64,000 bases of DNA. Origin: Paraspadella gotoi. Taxonomy: Eukaryota; Animalia; Chaetognatha. The stretch's first letter is position 1; every line of letters begins with the position of its first letter. The notes beneath the pieces were generated by a model that saw nothing but the letters and a program-made list of their open reading frames with translations, ran no database searches and was not told where the DNA came from. A program made the translations under genes and the position numbers. The stretch spans positions 3,432,187 to 3,496,186 of the forward strand of contig CM119269.1 of the NCBI GenBank assembly GCA_051294375.1. Direction: 5' to 3'. Below, piece after piece: positions 52,612-64,000 of the stretch.

Positions 52612-53270
52612 TCTGATGTTTTCTTAGTTTTACCAACTTGCAACAATTTTTAGTCCATCACTATAACTTTAACCCAAATCTGTATTTTAAGACAAAGTTT
52701 TCACCTATGAAGGTAATAAATTAAGCTCTAAGCATCAAAAAGGCGCCCCAGGTTCTGATTTACGAAAAACCAAAAATTCGGTTGGGTGAAAGCAACAATA
52801 ATAACTAGCATAAAAAATATAGCTATGGTTGAATAACTGCCTTGTCTTTGTGATTATTCAACGAACGAACCCAACATGTTGAAAAAAAGAGTTCTTAGAA
52901 ATAAATTATATTGAAAAGCATGGCGTCATAGTTTTCACGTCACAACGATAATAAACCATATCATCCTATTTTCTTGAAAAAAAAAAAACAAACAAAAAAA
53001 CTTGCCATTCACGCGCGAACTCGTTTAATATTCGGAATTCGTAAATTCAGTGATTGACCAATCAGACGGTGAATTTTTAGAGCATCGGTCTGGATTCGTT
53101 CGTGATTCGTTCGATAAATCGTCATGGCGTATTTGACGGTCAGTGATGATGAATAATAGGATATCCTGTAATCGGTGCCCATATATGTAGCGCTTTCTCG
53201 TGCAGAAAATTGATATCGGAATGGGAAGAGAGAGACGACGACGACGGACGACGACGACGGACGACGACGA
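41133..53270 (+). repeat. Copy 2 of the 25.6-37.7 kb sequence
   Basis: 41133-42697 is the reverse complement of 25649-27231; ~42698-53270 is a direct copy of 27233-37719 with dense indels. Confidence 0.95.
46426..47227 (+). pseudogene. Frameshifted copy of the 30898-31712 exon (probably sequencing error)
   Basis: Near-identical sequence whose peptide pieces are spread over several frames by single-base indels; few substitutions. Confidence 0.75.
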
Positions 53271-53366
53271 CGACAGTGTATGCGAACGACGAAGACGGCG
53301 ACGCCCATAACCAAACTCGTGTGAAAGAAAAAACAATTAATTTTCGCTAATCATTAAATATGTTAT

Positions 53367-53430
<64 letters not shown>

Positions 53431-54738
53431 CTCTCTCTCTCTCTCTCTTCTCTCTCTCCCTCCCTCCTTCCCCCTTACTCACTTTTACTGTAAATAATTC
53501 AATATAGTAGTAAATTAATCATCAGCAAAAACGAGGGCCCACATTGCGACTGATAATCGTTTGGAACTTGGGAGAGGCAAAAATCAAAAAACATTTTCTC
53601 TTTTTATTCTTTACACGCAAGTGTAACCCATTTCCTTTCTTCTTCCCTTCATTATACTTTTTTTCTTCTTTCTTCTTTCTTTCTTTCTTTCTTTCTTCTT
53701 TCTTTATTTTCTTTCTTTTTCTTTTCTTCTTTTTCTTTTCTTTTCTTTCTTTCTTTCTTTCTTTCTTTTCTTTTCTTTTCTTTTCTTATTCTTTTTTTTT
53801 CTTTTCTTTTTCTTTTCTTTTCTTTTCTTTCTTTTTCTTTTCTTCTTCTCAACCACGCTTTCTAAATTTATCGAGAAATAAAACATATTTAAGCGAACTA
53901 AAAAATAGACTAAAATCTTTTTTTTTAAAGTCATATTTCCCCCGGGCGCCCATTTCCTGGCGATAAAAAAAGTGCGTAACTTCCGTTTTTCGAGTTTTTA
54001 AGTTAGACTTTGAAAATCTCGCTCCCGAAGATTTCTACCAATATACCATCATATATTTTTTACATTCAATACATCCCTCCTCCGTTCCACCTCTCTCTCT
54101 CTCTTCCTCTCTTCTCTCTCTCCCCCCCCTCTCTCTCTCTCTCTTCTCNNNNNNNNNNNNNNNNNNNNNNNNNTCTCTCTCTCTCTCTCTCTCTCTCAAA
54201 CTCTTGCTCGCTCGATTTTCTCATTTCGATTCAAAACCAAACTACAAAATGTAAATAATATTTCAACTGCTCTTTTTTTTTTACTTTTTGCCCTTGAAAA
54301 TAAATTTCGACAATAAAGTAAATCTTTTTATTGTACGGGTTAAACTTTTATTTTATAAAGATTATTAAATTGGAAGATTATCATTTTTCTTATGTTTACG
54401 TTTACGTATTTTTGATAAACCTCTAACCTTTATATTGATTTGGAAAATGAGTTGGTTTATGCGACAAGTCCCTGATGTTTCTTTGTTTTTATCCTGAGGA
54501 TTCTAATTCTTTTCGTTATTGACACAAAACATTTAAAACCTCANNNNNNNNNNNNNNNNNNNNNNNNNACGACGATAACAACAAATCAAACGAGACTGCT
54601 CGGATAAAAATGATTTATTTTTTTTCTGAGTCGAAGCATGAATAAGATCAATTTGATTATTTATATACTGAATCTCACTTCGCTATTTACCGGATAAAAA
54701 GAATAAAAAAACAGAAGATAAGAAAGGAAAAGGAAAGG

Positions 54739-54798
<60 letters not shown>

Positions 54799-56091
54799 AG
54801 AGAAAGAGAGAGAGAGAGAGAGAGAAGAGAGGAGAGAGGGGAAAGAGGAGAGAGAGAAAAAGATCCGATTTTTTAAGTTCTCCCGGATAGAGAGCGAGAG
54901 TTTTTTTTTTTTTTTCAAAGTGTTTCGAGCCGTCGCTTTTACCTCAAGATATAGACGAAATAAAAAGTACAATATTTAGGAAAAAAATTCACAAAGAAAA
55001 TAGGGAATTAAAAGAAACATTGACAGGGGGCGCAGGTGAACTGACAAAGACGACATTGACGACGACGACAAACGACAAAGACGACGACCTCCAAATCAAA
55101 GTAATGAAAACCGGCTTATGACAAAAAAAGACATTCATGAAGTCACGACTTGAATGGTCTGGAAGGGAAAACCACTGTACGTAACGATCCTGAGAAAAAA
55201 GAAAATAAGAAATAAAATAAGGTAAGAAAACGGAAGAAAGAAAAAATAAAAAGACTTGAAGCAAAAGAGCTATTAAAAAAGCAAAAGGAAAATTAAAAAA
55301 AAAACTGATCCATTTCGACTTGAATTCTATTCTGAAAAAAAAAAAATCAAAATACGGAATACATACGTGTAATATATTTAATATTTCACTTTTTATTTAC
55401 TGTAATTTTTAATTATTGTTTAAAAAAATTGTATATAATGTATTTACAACATCCTACAACTTTGAAAGTTTCCGACGGGTGGTCGCCGACCCAAATCGTT
55501 TACGGTCGAAACCGAAGAGCAAATTTTGGAAAACAACACGAACTCGCCTTTCGAATTCGTCATTAAAAGAGGACCCGGGATGGCGGGCCTTTGGCGGGCG
55601 GAGCGAAAGGAATTCAAAACCAGTTTTTGAAATGAGGAAAAAAGGGTCATAGACCTGAAATAGAAGAAATCGTGGACAGGAGGAGATGTAAGCGATTAGG
55701 GATTAAATCTTTATCTAGAAAGTTTAAATGTTTAAGTCCAAGAGTTATTGAGGTTTTAAATGTTTTGTGTCAATAACGAAAAGAATTAGAATCTCAGGAT
55801 AAAACAAAGAAACATCAGGGACTTGTCGCATAAACCAAAACTCATTTTCCAAATTCAATATAAAGGTTAGAGGTTTATAAAATACGTAAACGTAAATAAA
55901 GAAAAATGATAATCTTCCAATTTAATAATCTTTAGAAAATAAAAGTTTAACCGGTACAATAAAAGAATTTACTATTGTCGAGAGCCGAAATTTATTTTCA
56001 AGGGCAAAAAGTAAAAAAAAAGAGCAGTTGAAATATTATTTACATTTGTAGTTGGGTTTGAATCGAAATGAGAAAATCGAGCGAGCAGAAG

Positions 56092-56175
<84 letters not shown>

Positions 56176-56654
56176 AGAGAGGCGTGAACGGGAGGAGGGA
56201 GTATTCGAATGTAAAAAATATGATGTATATTCGGTCAGAAATCTTCGGAGCGAGATTTTCAAAGTCTAACTTAAATACTCGAAAAACGAAGTTACCGACT
56301 TTTTTTATCGCGCCAGGAAATGGGGACGCCCGGGGAAAATATTGACTTTAAAAAAAAAGATTTTAGTCTATTTTTTTAGTTCGCTTAAATACTGTTTTAT
56401 TTCTCGATTAAATTTAGAGCGTGGTTGAGAAAGGAAAGAAAAGAAAGAAAAGAAAAAGAAAAGAAAAGAAAAGAAAAGAAAAGAAAAGAAAAGAAAAAGA
56501 AAAAGAAAAAAAAAGAAAAGAAAGAAAGAAAGAAAGAAAGAAAGAGAAGAGAAAGAAAGAAGAAAGAAAGAAAGAAAAAGAAAGAAGAAAGATAAAGAAT
56601 AGAAAGAAATAATAGAAATAAAAGAAGAAGAAAGAAGAAAGAAAACCGCGCACG

Positions 56655-56693
<39 letters not shown>

Positions 56694-57072
56694 CGTACTC
56701 TCGATAGATCCGCTCAGTCAATTTCGGGTTTTAGTACTTCTCCTCCTTTCATTTTTCTTCCTTAGAAAACCAAAACAAAAAATAATAAACAAAAATGTTT
56801 AGAAATTCTTAACATTCTCCCATTTTCTTTATTTTTTTTTCCTCCAACCGTTCGAACTTTTCAAAGGGGAATCAACCTCGAAGCGAATTTTTCTCGTTTC
56901 TTCACCAAGCGTCAAAAAATTCAACGTCCCCCCTTAAAAAATAAGCCGTCGGGAGTTTTCGTTGACGAATAGAAATTGAAAAAAAAAAACGAAGAGACGA
57001 AGGAGTGCTTCTCACGACATCTTCATCAGAGAAATATCGCTCTCTGCTCTAACTCCTACATTCTTCGGATCT

Positions 57073-58985
57073 TTTTGTTTCTAAACTATAAAAAATATTT
57101 TTTTCGTTCTTTTCCCGTAAGTTTTGAAAAGACTTGAAATCATTCCGTAATTGATTTTTTATGAGGCTTAGCCGCCGCAGTCCGACGAACGGAGAACGTC
57201 AATCGATCTTAAAAAATTTATAATTTTTTTTTACTATTTACCGCACGAAAAAAAAGAAGGAAGACTATTTTCTGAAGTTCTTCGGGGGTCCTTTCCGGTT
57301 GTCGGTAATTGTACCCTTAATTTTCAGACGCAGGAAATTCCATCGAAAATAATATAAGAACTTTTAAATAATTAAAAAAGACGCCTGAGTAAATATCGAT
57401 ATTAATCTCAGGAAAAACATGGCCGCTATTTAGTCAGTGCCAGATTCTTTTTCACCCGTCTTCGAAAAAGCGGAGATTTGCCTAACTCGGTTATTAGTTC
57501 GTATGATTATAAGCGAACTTGAATGTACAACCTATAACATTTGCTTTTAATTAATTTATTTTTGTCTTTAATGATAATATAAAAACATAACGTGTGATAC
57601 TGGAAACAAAAAAAAAAAAACAACTAAACCTAACCTATCTTCTAACTTAATATAATCTTATAACCAATGCAAAGCATAATTAATGATCTGAGTCAAACTA
57701 ATTTGTCTTTTCCTCCATATACCTTTATTCCATTCTCCGCCCCAACTCTCAACACGTCGACTTCTCTAAGGTAGGCGTTATGAGTGATCGTGTCTTTATC
57801 AAACTCGATCTTAGTGTGGTTTGATGTCGTCGCTTCTGTTTCACTTCTAAGTAAAACGTTTTTAGTTACAGTGTTTTTCTGAATTTCAACCTGAATTTTG
57901 ACATTTTTAAGCTCTTTAAAAGTTTCGCGATTTTACTTTGCTTCGCGACGTTACCGCCGGTCCTCCTTAGTAATCGTTCTTCGACCGCGCTGCAACTCTC
58001 AACTTGCAATTAGAGGTTGGGCGACAAAATGTCGCTTAAACCTATATGGTATTACTTCTCCTCTGTCTTCTCATCTCTTCTTCTCTCTCTAATCTCGTCC
58101 TCTCTCCTCTGTCTTCTCTCTCTCTCTCTCCTCCTCTTGATGTTTCTTAGTATTTAACAACTGCCAGACAATTGGTTTAGTCCCATGCACTATAGCCTTC
58201 ACCCAAAATCTCGTATTTTAAGACAAAAGTTTCACTACTGACACGTTACCAAATTATAAGCTCTAAACTCAGAAAAAGGCGCCCGAGGTTCTGATTATAA
58301 CGAACACCATAACGATATTCATCGCCGGCTTATGGGCTGTTCAAAGCAAGAATATACACTTAGCATTAAAAAATATATGCTATGGTTGAATCAACTGCCT
58401 TGTCCTTTGCTGAATTAATATCCAAACAGAAACTGTGAAAAAAAGTCCCTTAGAAATAAATAATATATTGAAAAAGCATGGCGTCATAGTTGTTCCACGT
58501 TCACAACGAATAATAAACCATATCATCCTATTTTCGAAAAAAAAAAAAACAAAGCAAAAAAACTCGGCTCATTCACGCCGGAACTCGTTTTAATATTTCG
58601 GCCCTAATTTCGTAAATTCAGTGATTGACCATCGACGACGTGAATTTTTAGAGGCATCTCTGGTGATCGTTCCGTGATTCGTTCGAATAGAATCGTCCAT
58701 GGCGTTATTTTGCGACGCGTTCAGTGATGTCGAAAAAGGAGATTGAGTCCGTAACTTCGTCGCTAATAATGTAGCGTCTTTCCTCGGTGAGAAAATTGCT
58801 ACTCCGGAATGCGGAAAGAGAACGACGACGTCACGACGACGAGACGACGACGACAGCCAGTGGATGACGACGGAACGAAGACGGCGACGCCTAATACAAA
58901 CTCGTTGTTGAAAATAGTGAAGATAACAATAATTCTGACTATAAATCATTTTTTAACATTATGTATTCTCTCTCTCTCTCTCCAG

Positions 58986-59021
<36 letters not shown>

Positions 59022-61790
59022 GCTCTCTCCTCTCTCTCTCTCTCCCTCCCGTCCCTCCCTTCGCCCCCTTACTCACTCCTACTTGTAAATAATCAAATAT
59101 TAGTGTTAAATAATCATATCCAGCAAAACGAGGCCCAGGCATCATTGCGACTGATAATCGTTGGGCATTGGGAGAGCAAAAATCCAAAAACATTTTCTCT
59201 TTACTTATTTCTTTTACACGCAATGTAACCCATTCCTGCGTTCTTTCCCCCTTCTTCATTAATTTTTTTTTTTCTTTCTTTCTTCTTCTTCTTTCTTTCT
59301 TTCCTTTTATTTCTTTATTCTTTCTTTTTCTTTTCTTTTTCTTTTTCTTTTCTTTTCTTTTCTTTTCTTTTCTTTTCTTTTCTTTTCTTTTTCTTTCTTT
59401 CTTTTTTTCTTTTCTTTCTTCTTTCTCAACCACGCTCTAAATTTAAATCGAGAAATAAAAACAGTATTTAAGCGATACTAAAAATAATAGACTAAAATCT
59501 TTTTTTTTTAAAGTCAATATTTCCTGCCCGGGCGTCCCGATTTCACCTGGCGCATAAAAATCCGGTACTTCGTTTTTTCAGAGTTTTTAAGTTAGACTTT
59601 GAAAATCTCGCTCCGAAGATTTCTCGACGCGAGAATATACATCATATTTTTTATACACTTCGAATACCTTCCTCCCGTTCACGCTCTCTCTCTTCCTCGC
59701 TCTCACCATCTCTCTCTGCTCTCTCTCTCTCTCTCCTCCTCTCTCTCTCGTCTCTCTCCTCCTCTCTCTTCTCTCTCTCTCACTCTCTCATACGTCTTCT
59801 CGCTCGATTTTCTCATTTCGATTCAAAACCAAACAAAAATGTAAATAATATTTCAACACCTGCTTTTTTTTTTACTTTTGCCCTTAAAATAAAATTTCGA
59901 CGCTCGCGCGCACTCTCACAATAAAGTAAATCTTTTTATTGTACGTGTTAAACTTTTATTTTCTAAGATTATTAAATTGGAAGATTATCATTTTTCTTAT
60001 ATTTACTTTTACGTATTTTTTGAAAAACCTCTAACCTTTATATTGATTTGGAAAAATGAGTTGGTTTATGCGACAAGTCCCTGATGTTTCTTCTGTTCTT
60101 ATCCTGAGGATTCTAATTCTCTTTCGTTATTGACCAAAACATTTAAAACTCCTCAAAACACTTTACTTAAACATTTAGATTTTCTTTCTAGATAAAGAGT
60201 TTAATCCCTGAATCGCTTACATCTCCCACTCGTCCCACGATTTCTTCTATTTCAGTCTATGACTCCCTTTTTTTCCTTTATTTCAAAACTGGTTTTGAAT
60301 TCCTTTCGCTGCCGCCCGCCAAAGCCCGCCATCCCGGGTCCTTTTAATGACGAATTTCGAAAGGCGAGTTCGTGTTGGTTCCAAATTTGCTCTTCGGTTT
60401 CGACGACCCGTAAAACGATTTGGGTCGGTCGACCACCCGTCGGAAACTTTAAAGTTGTAGGATGTTGTAAATACATTATACTATATCAATTTTTTTAAAA
60501 ACTTAAATAATTAAAAATTACAGTAAATAAAAGTGAAATATTAATATATTACCGTATTTATTGATGTATTCGACGGTATTTGCATTTTTTTTTTTCAGAA
60601 TAGAATTCAAGATCGAAATGGATCAGTTTTTTTTTTAATTTTCCTTTGCTTTTTTATTAATAGCTCCTTTTGCTTCAAGTCTTTTTATTTTTTCTTTCTT
60701 CCGTTTTCTGTACCATTTTATTTCTTATTTTCTTTTTTATTTCTTATTTTCCTTTTTTCTCAGGATTCGTTACGTACAGTGGTTTTCCCTTCCACCAGAT
60801 CATTCAAGTCGTGAGCTCATGAATGTCTTTTTTCGTCATAAGCCGGTTTTCATTACTTTGATTTGGAGGTCCGTCCGTCTTTGTCGTCGTCAAAGTGTCG
60901 TCATTTGTCCGCAGTTCACCTGTCGCCCCCTGTCAATGCTTTCTTTTAATTCCCTATACTTCTTTGTGAATTTTTTTCCTAAATATGTACTTTTTCATTT
61001 CGTATTATCTTGAGGTAAAAGCGACGGCTCGAACACTTTGAAAAAAAAACTTCTCGCTCTCTATCCGGGAGAAACTTAAGAAAATCGGATTCTTTTCTCT
61101 CTCTCCTTCTCTCTCTCTCTCCTTCTCTCTCTTCCTTTCTCTCTTCTCTTTCTCTCTTCTCTCTCTCTATTTCTTCTCCTCCTCTCTCCTACTCTCACTC
61201 TCTCCTCTCTCTACTCTCCTCCTCTCTCTCCTCCCTTTCTTTTCTTCTCCTTATCTTATTTTTTTTATCCGGTTATAGTTCGTAAGTGAAGATTCAGTAT
61301 TATAATATATCAAATATTGACTTATTCATGGTGGCTTCGATCATAGAAAAAAAGATAAATCATTTCTTATCCGAGCCAAGTACTCTCTTTTTGCGTTCGT
61401 TGATTGTTGTTATCTCGTCTCGTCTCGTCAGTCGTCGTCGTCGGTCGGTCGCGTCGTCGTCGTTCGTTCGTCGTCGTCCGTTACTGTCTCTCGTATAGAT
61501 TCCGCTCAGTCAATTTCGGGTTTTAGTACTTCTCCTCCTCATTTTTCTCTTAGAAAATCCAAAACATAAAAATAATAAACAAAAAATTGTTTAGGAATTC
61601 TTAAACATTCTCCCCATTTCTTTTATTTTTTTTCCTCCAATCCGTTCGAACTTTTCAATAGGGGAATCAAACCGTCGAGCGAATTTTCTCGTTTCTCACT
61701 CACAGCTCAAAAAATTCATATCGTCCCCCTTTTAAAAAAAATAAGCCGTTCGGAGTTTTCCGTTGACTGGAATAGAAATGAAAAAAAAAA
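57073..61790 (+). repeat. Third, insertion-rich copy of ~36165-37719 continuing into the 37.7-39.2 kb unit (inverted) and the 54.6-57.0 kb sequence
   Basis: Colinear matches with many single-base insertions, resembling an unpolished single long read. Confidence 0.9.
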
Positions 61791-61794
61791 AACG

Positions 61795-62107
61795 CAAGAA
61801 AAAGACAGAAAAATAAATTAACAAAATATAGGACAGATCTTGAAAACCTTTCCAAAGGAAGAGAAAAGAGAGAGAAGGGAAAAAAAGAAGGGGAAGGGAA
61901 AAGAGGAAAAAAAGGAAAAAGAGAAAAAGGAAAGGAAGGGGAAAGAAAAAAAAAGAAGAATTCCATAATGATCTCTTCGTTGTCTCATTCCGCGATCTCC
62001 TCTCCTTTTTTTTTTCCTNNNNNNNNNNNNNNNNNNNNNNNNNCCAAGAAAAAGACAAAAAAAATAAATTAACAAAAATAAAGGACAGATCTTGAAAAAC
62101 TTTCAAA

Positions 62108-62201
<94 letters not shown>

Positions 62202-62255
62202 CATCTTTAATGATCTCATTCGTGCTCATTCCATCTCTCTCCTTTTTTCTTCCTT
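61795..62255 (+). repeat. ~200-bp direct duplication straddling the 25-N gap at 62019-62043
   Basis: CAAGAAAAAGACA...GGACAGATCTTGAAAA...AATTCCAT...ATGATCTC appears on both sides of the gap. Confidence 0.85.
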
Positions 62256-62439
62256 TTTTTTCCTCCTACCCACCCGGAAATTGAAGGGAAAAAAGAAAGC
62301 GTTAAAAAGGACTCGTTTCGGGACGATGACACTTCATTTTTCTTTTCAAAATTAAAATAAAAAAATAAGAGAGGAAAAAAAAAAAATTTGGACCGACTTC
62401 GGACGTGATTCGTCTCCAATCGAAACGTCGATTAAATTG

Positions 62440-62840
62440 CCCATTTGACGTCGCGAGTCATCTCGTGCGCCCCGGATGTTCGAAAGGCCCGGAATGTCCT
62501 GTGCCGCTTCGTTTCGTTCCGCCCCTCTGCCCGCCTCGTCATTCGATCCACATTCTCTCCCATTTCTGCGTAACAATTCTTGTCCGCTTCGTGTATGCCC
62601 GTCTCCCTGCTGCTCGCGCCGCCTTCCCCTGCCTTCATTTCCCTTTGCTCGCGCTCTTTAACCGCCCATACTTGTAAAGGGGGTCAAAAACTTCCGTTTG
62701 ATCCCGGGTAACGAATCCTTTGCCGCCGCCTGCCCGCACTGTCCTGTCCCGCCTGCCCGACCCCTCCTGCTTTCTCCTCCCCCCTCTCGACTCTTGAACG
62801 GGTGAACAAGACTCGCAATCTCGTCGCTGGAGTCGCAGAC
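62440..62840. promoter_or_regulatory. GC/CpG-rich promoter- or 5'UTR-like island
   Basis: Local GC peak with several CCGCCC-type GC boxes and a TGACGT half-site, with no convincing ORF. TAATGG homeodomain-like pairs lie at ~63050-63068. Confidence 0.3.
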
Positions 62841-63958
62841 TAGTTTTTGGAAAAAGAAAAAAGAAGAAGAAGAACTCCCCGGCTGGTAAAGAAAAGGAGG
62901 GGCCGAAAAAAAAAAAAGTGAAAAAAATCAGTGGCATCTCTCTCTACTCTCTCTTTTTCTCTTTATCACGGAAAGTCTCCACGTGAGCTCTTTGGCCGTC
63001 TCTCCTCTCTCTCTTAACTTGTTTTCTTTTCAATTAAATGTGGCGCAAAAATAATGGCGATTAATGGCAATTGCCATTTTCGGGGGAAACTCTTCAAGTT
63101 TTGATTCTGTTCTTCTAATCTTTTAAATGACGGAGAAAAGACGGTTTTTTTTTTCGATTTTTTAAAAGTAAAGGCGGAAAAGTTTTTGTTCCTTTTGTCT
63201 TTCGAGTCGCCCGTATTTTCCTTTTTTTTATTAATCCATCTCTGTCTCGTCGAGACGTTAGTCCATCTATCACCACCCTCAACGAAAAAAAGAAATAACC
63301 TTTTCCCTATGTTTTTTGACGCTTCAATACTTCAATTCATTTCTTTTCATGAAAAATAAATGTTAATATTTGTTTGGAGGAGATACTAATAATTTTCGAA
63401 TATCTTTTTTTCAATTCTTTTTTTTTGCTTTTTTTTTTTCCAGTGACTTTTACCTTGGAGCGAAACGTTCGCCTTCATCAATTCGCGGCCTTTTTTTTGA
63501 TGTTTGGATACAGTGGTCGGACGATTCAATTCTCTTCACCGGAGGGAGGGGTACAGTCGTGCTTTGAGACATTTCTTAATCTACAGGATAAGCTTTATAA
63601 GTTTCTTGTTATTTTTTTATCTATTTGGGTTTTGAAAATTAGCGTTTATCATTTTGGTTTTGGAAAATGAAAATATTAGGCCCTAACCTTTCACCTAAAA
63701 GAAAATAAAAACAAAAAAATAAAAATAAAACGAAATTAAAAGATGCGATAATAACCAATCTAACCTTTCCCACAAAATAGACATGTTGAATTAAGGTTAT
63801 TTCAACTTGTGACGTAAGGAAACGTGCTTGGGATTAAAACAGAAAAAAGTTACCTTTTTTAAAGAAAAAAAGAAAGGCGTACGATGCCCTTCGAATTATT
63901 ATCATAAGATTTCGAAAACGACAAAGAGTCTTCTCTCTCTCTCTCTCTCTCTCATCTC

Positions 63959-63991
<33 letters not shown>

Positions 63992-64000
63992 CTCTCTCTC

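Noticed and set aside
25649-61790. Native hairpin/palindromic chromosomes or programmed inversion as the cause of the inverted repeats
   Set aside because: Junctions cluster at gap edges, copies differ by error-like indels, and no recombinase or dedicated recombination sites are visible; an assembly or amplification artefact is more parsimonious.

Overview
Eukaryotic, probably animal, nuclear DNA (inferred from GT-AG introns and Pbx/Meis- and homeodomain-like motifs). It is AT-rich, CpG-rich, and full of (AG/CT)n, (GAC/GTC)n, (ATC)n and (AAAG)n microsatellites. I recognise no gene family, rRNA, tRNA or CRISPR array. From about 19.5 kb to 62 kb the window is mostly direct and inverted re-copies of roughly 15 kb of unique sequence. 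These copies differ mainly by indels and are separated by seven gaps of exactly 25 N and by fold-back junctions. That pattern points to long-read gap-filling and template-switch chimeras rather than true segmental duplication. The best-supported biological features are: (1) a 2.1-kb non-autonomous LTR element (21238-23365) with a 4-bp TSD and a PPT, absent from two other copies of the locus; (2) a 2.3-kb foldback/Mutator-like element (10420-12701) with a 9-bp TSD; (3) a two-exon orphan gene model (3957-4626); (4) a Ser/Gly/Gln-rich exon (30898-31712) with a frameshifted second copy. The most intriguing but unproven signal is several long coding-like frames interrupted by TAA/TAG at Gln-like positions and TGA at Arg- or Trp-like positions. 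Possible causes are stop-codon recoding, U-to-C editing, C-to-T pseudogenisation, or low-complexity DNA plus sequencing error.
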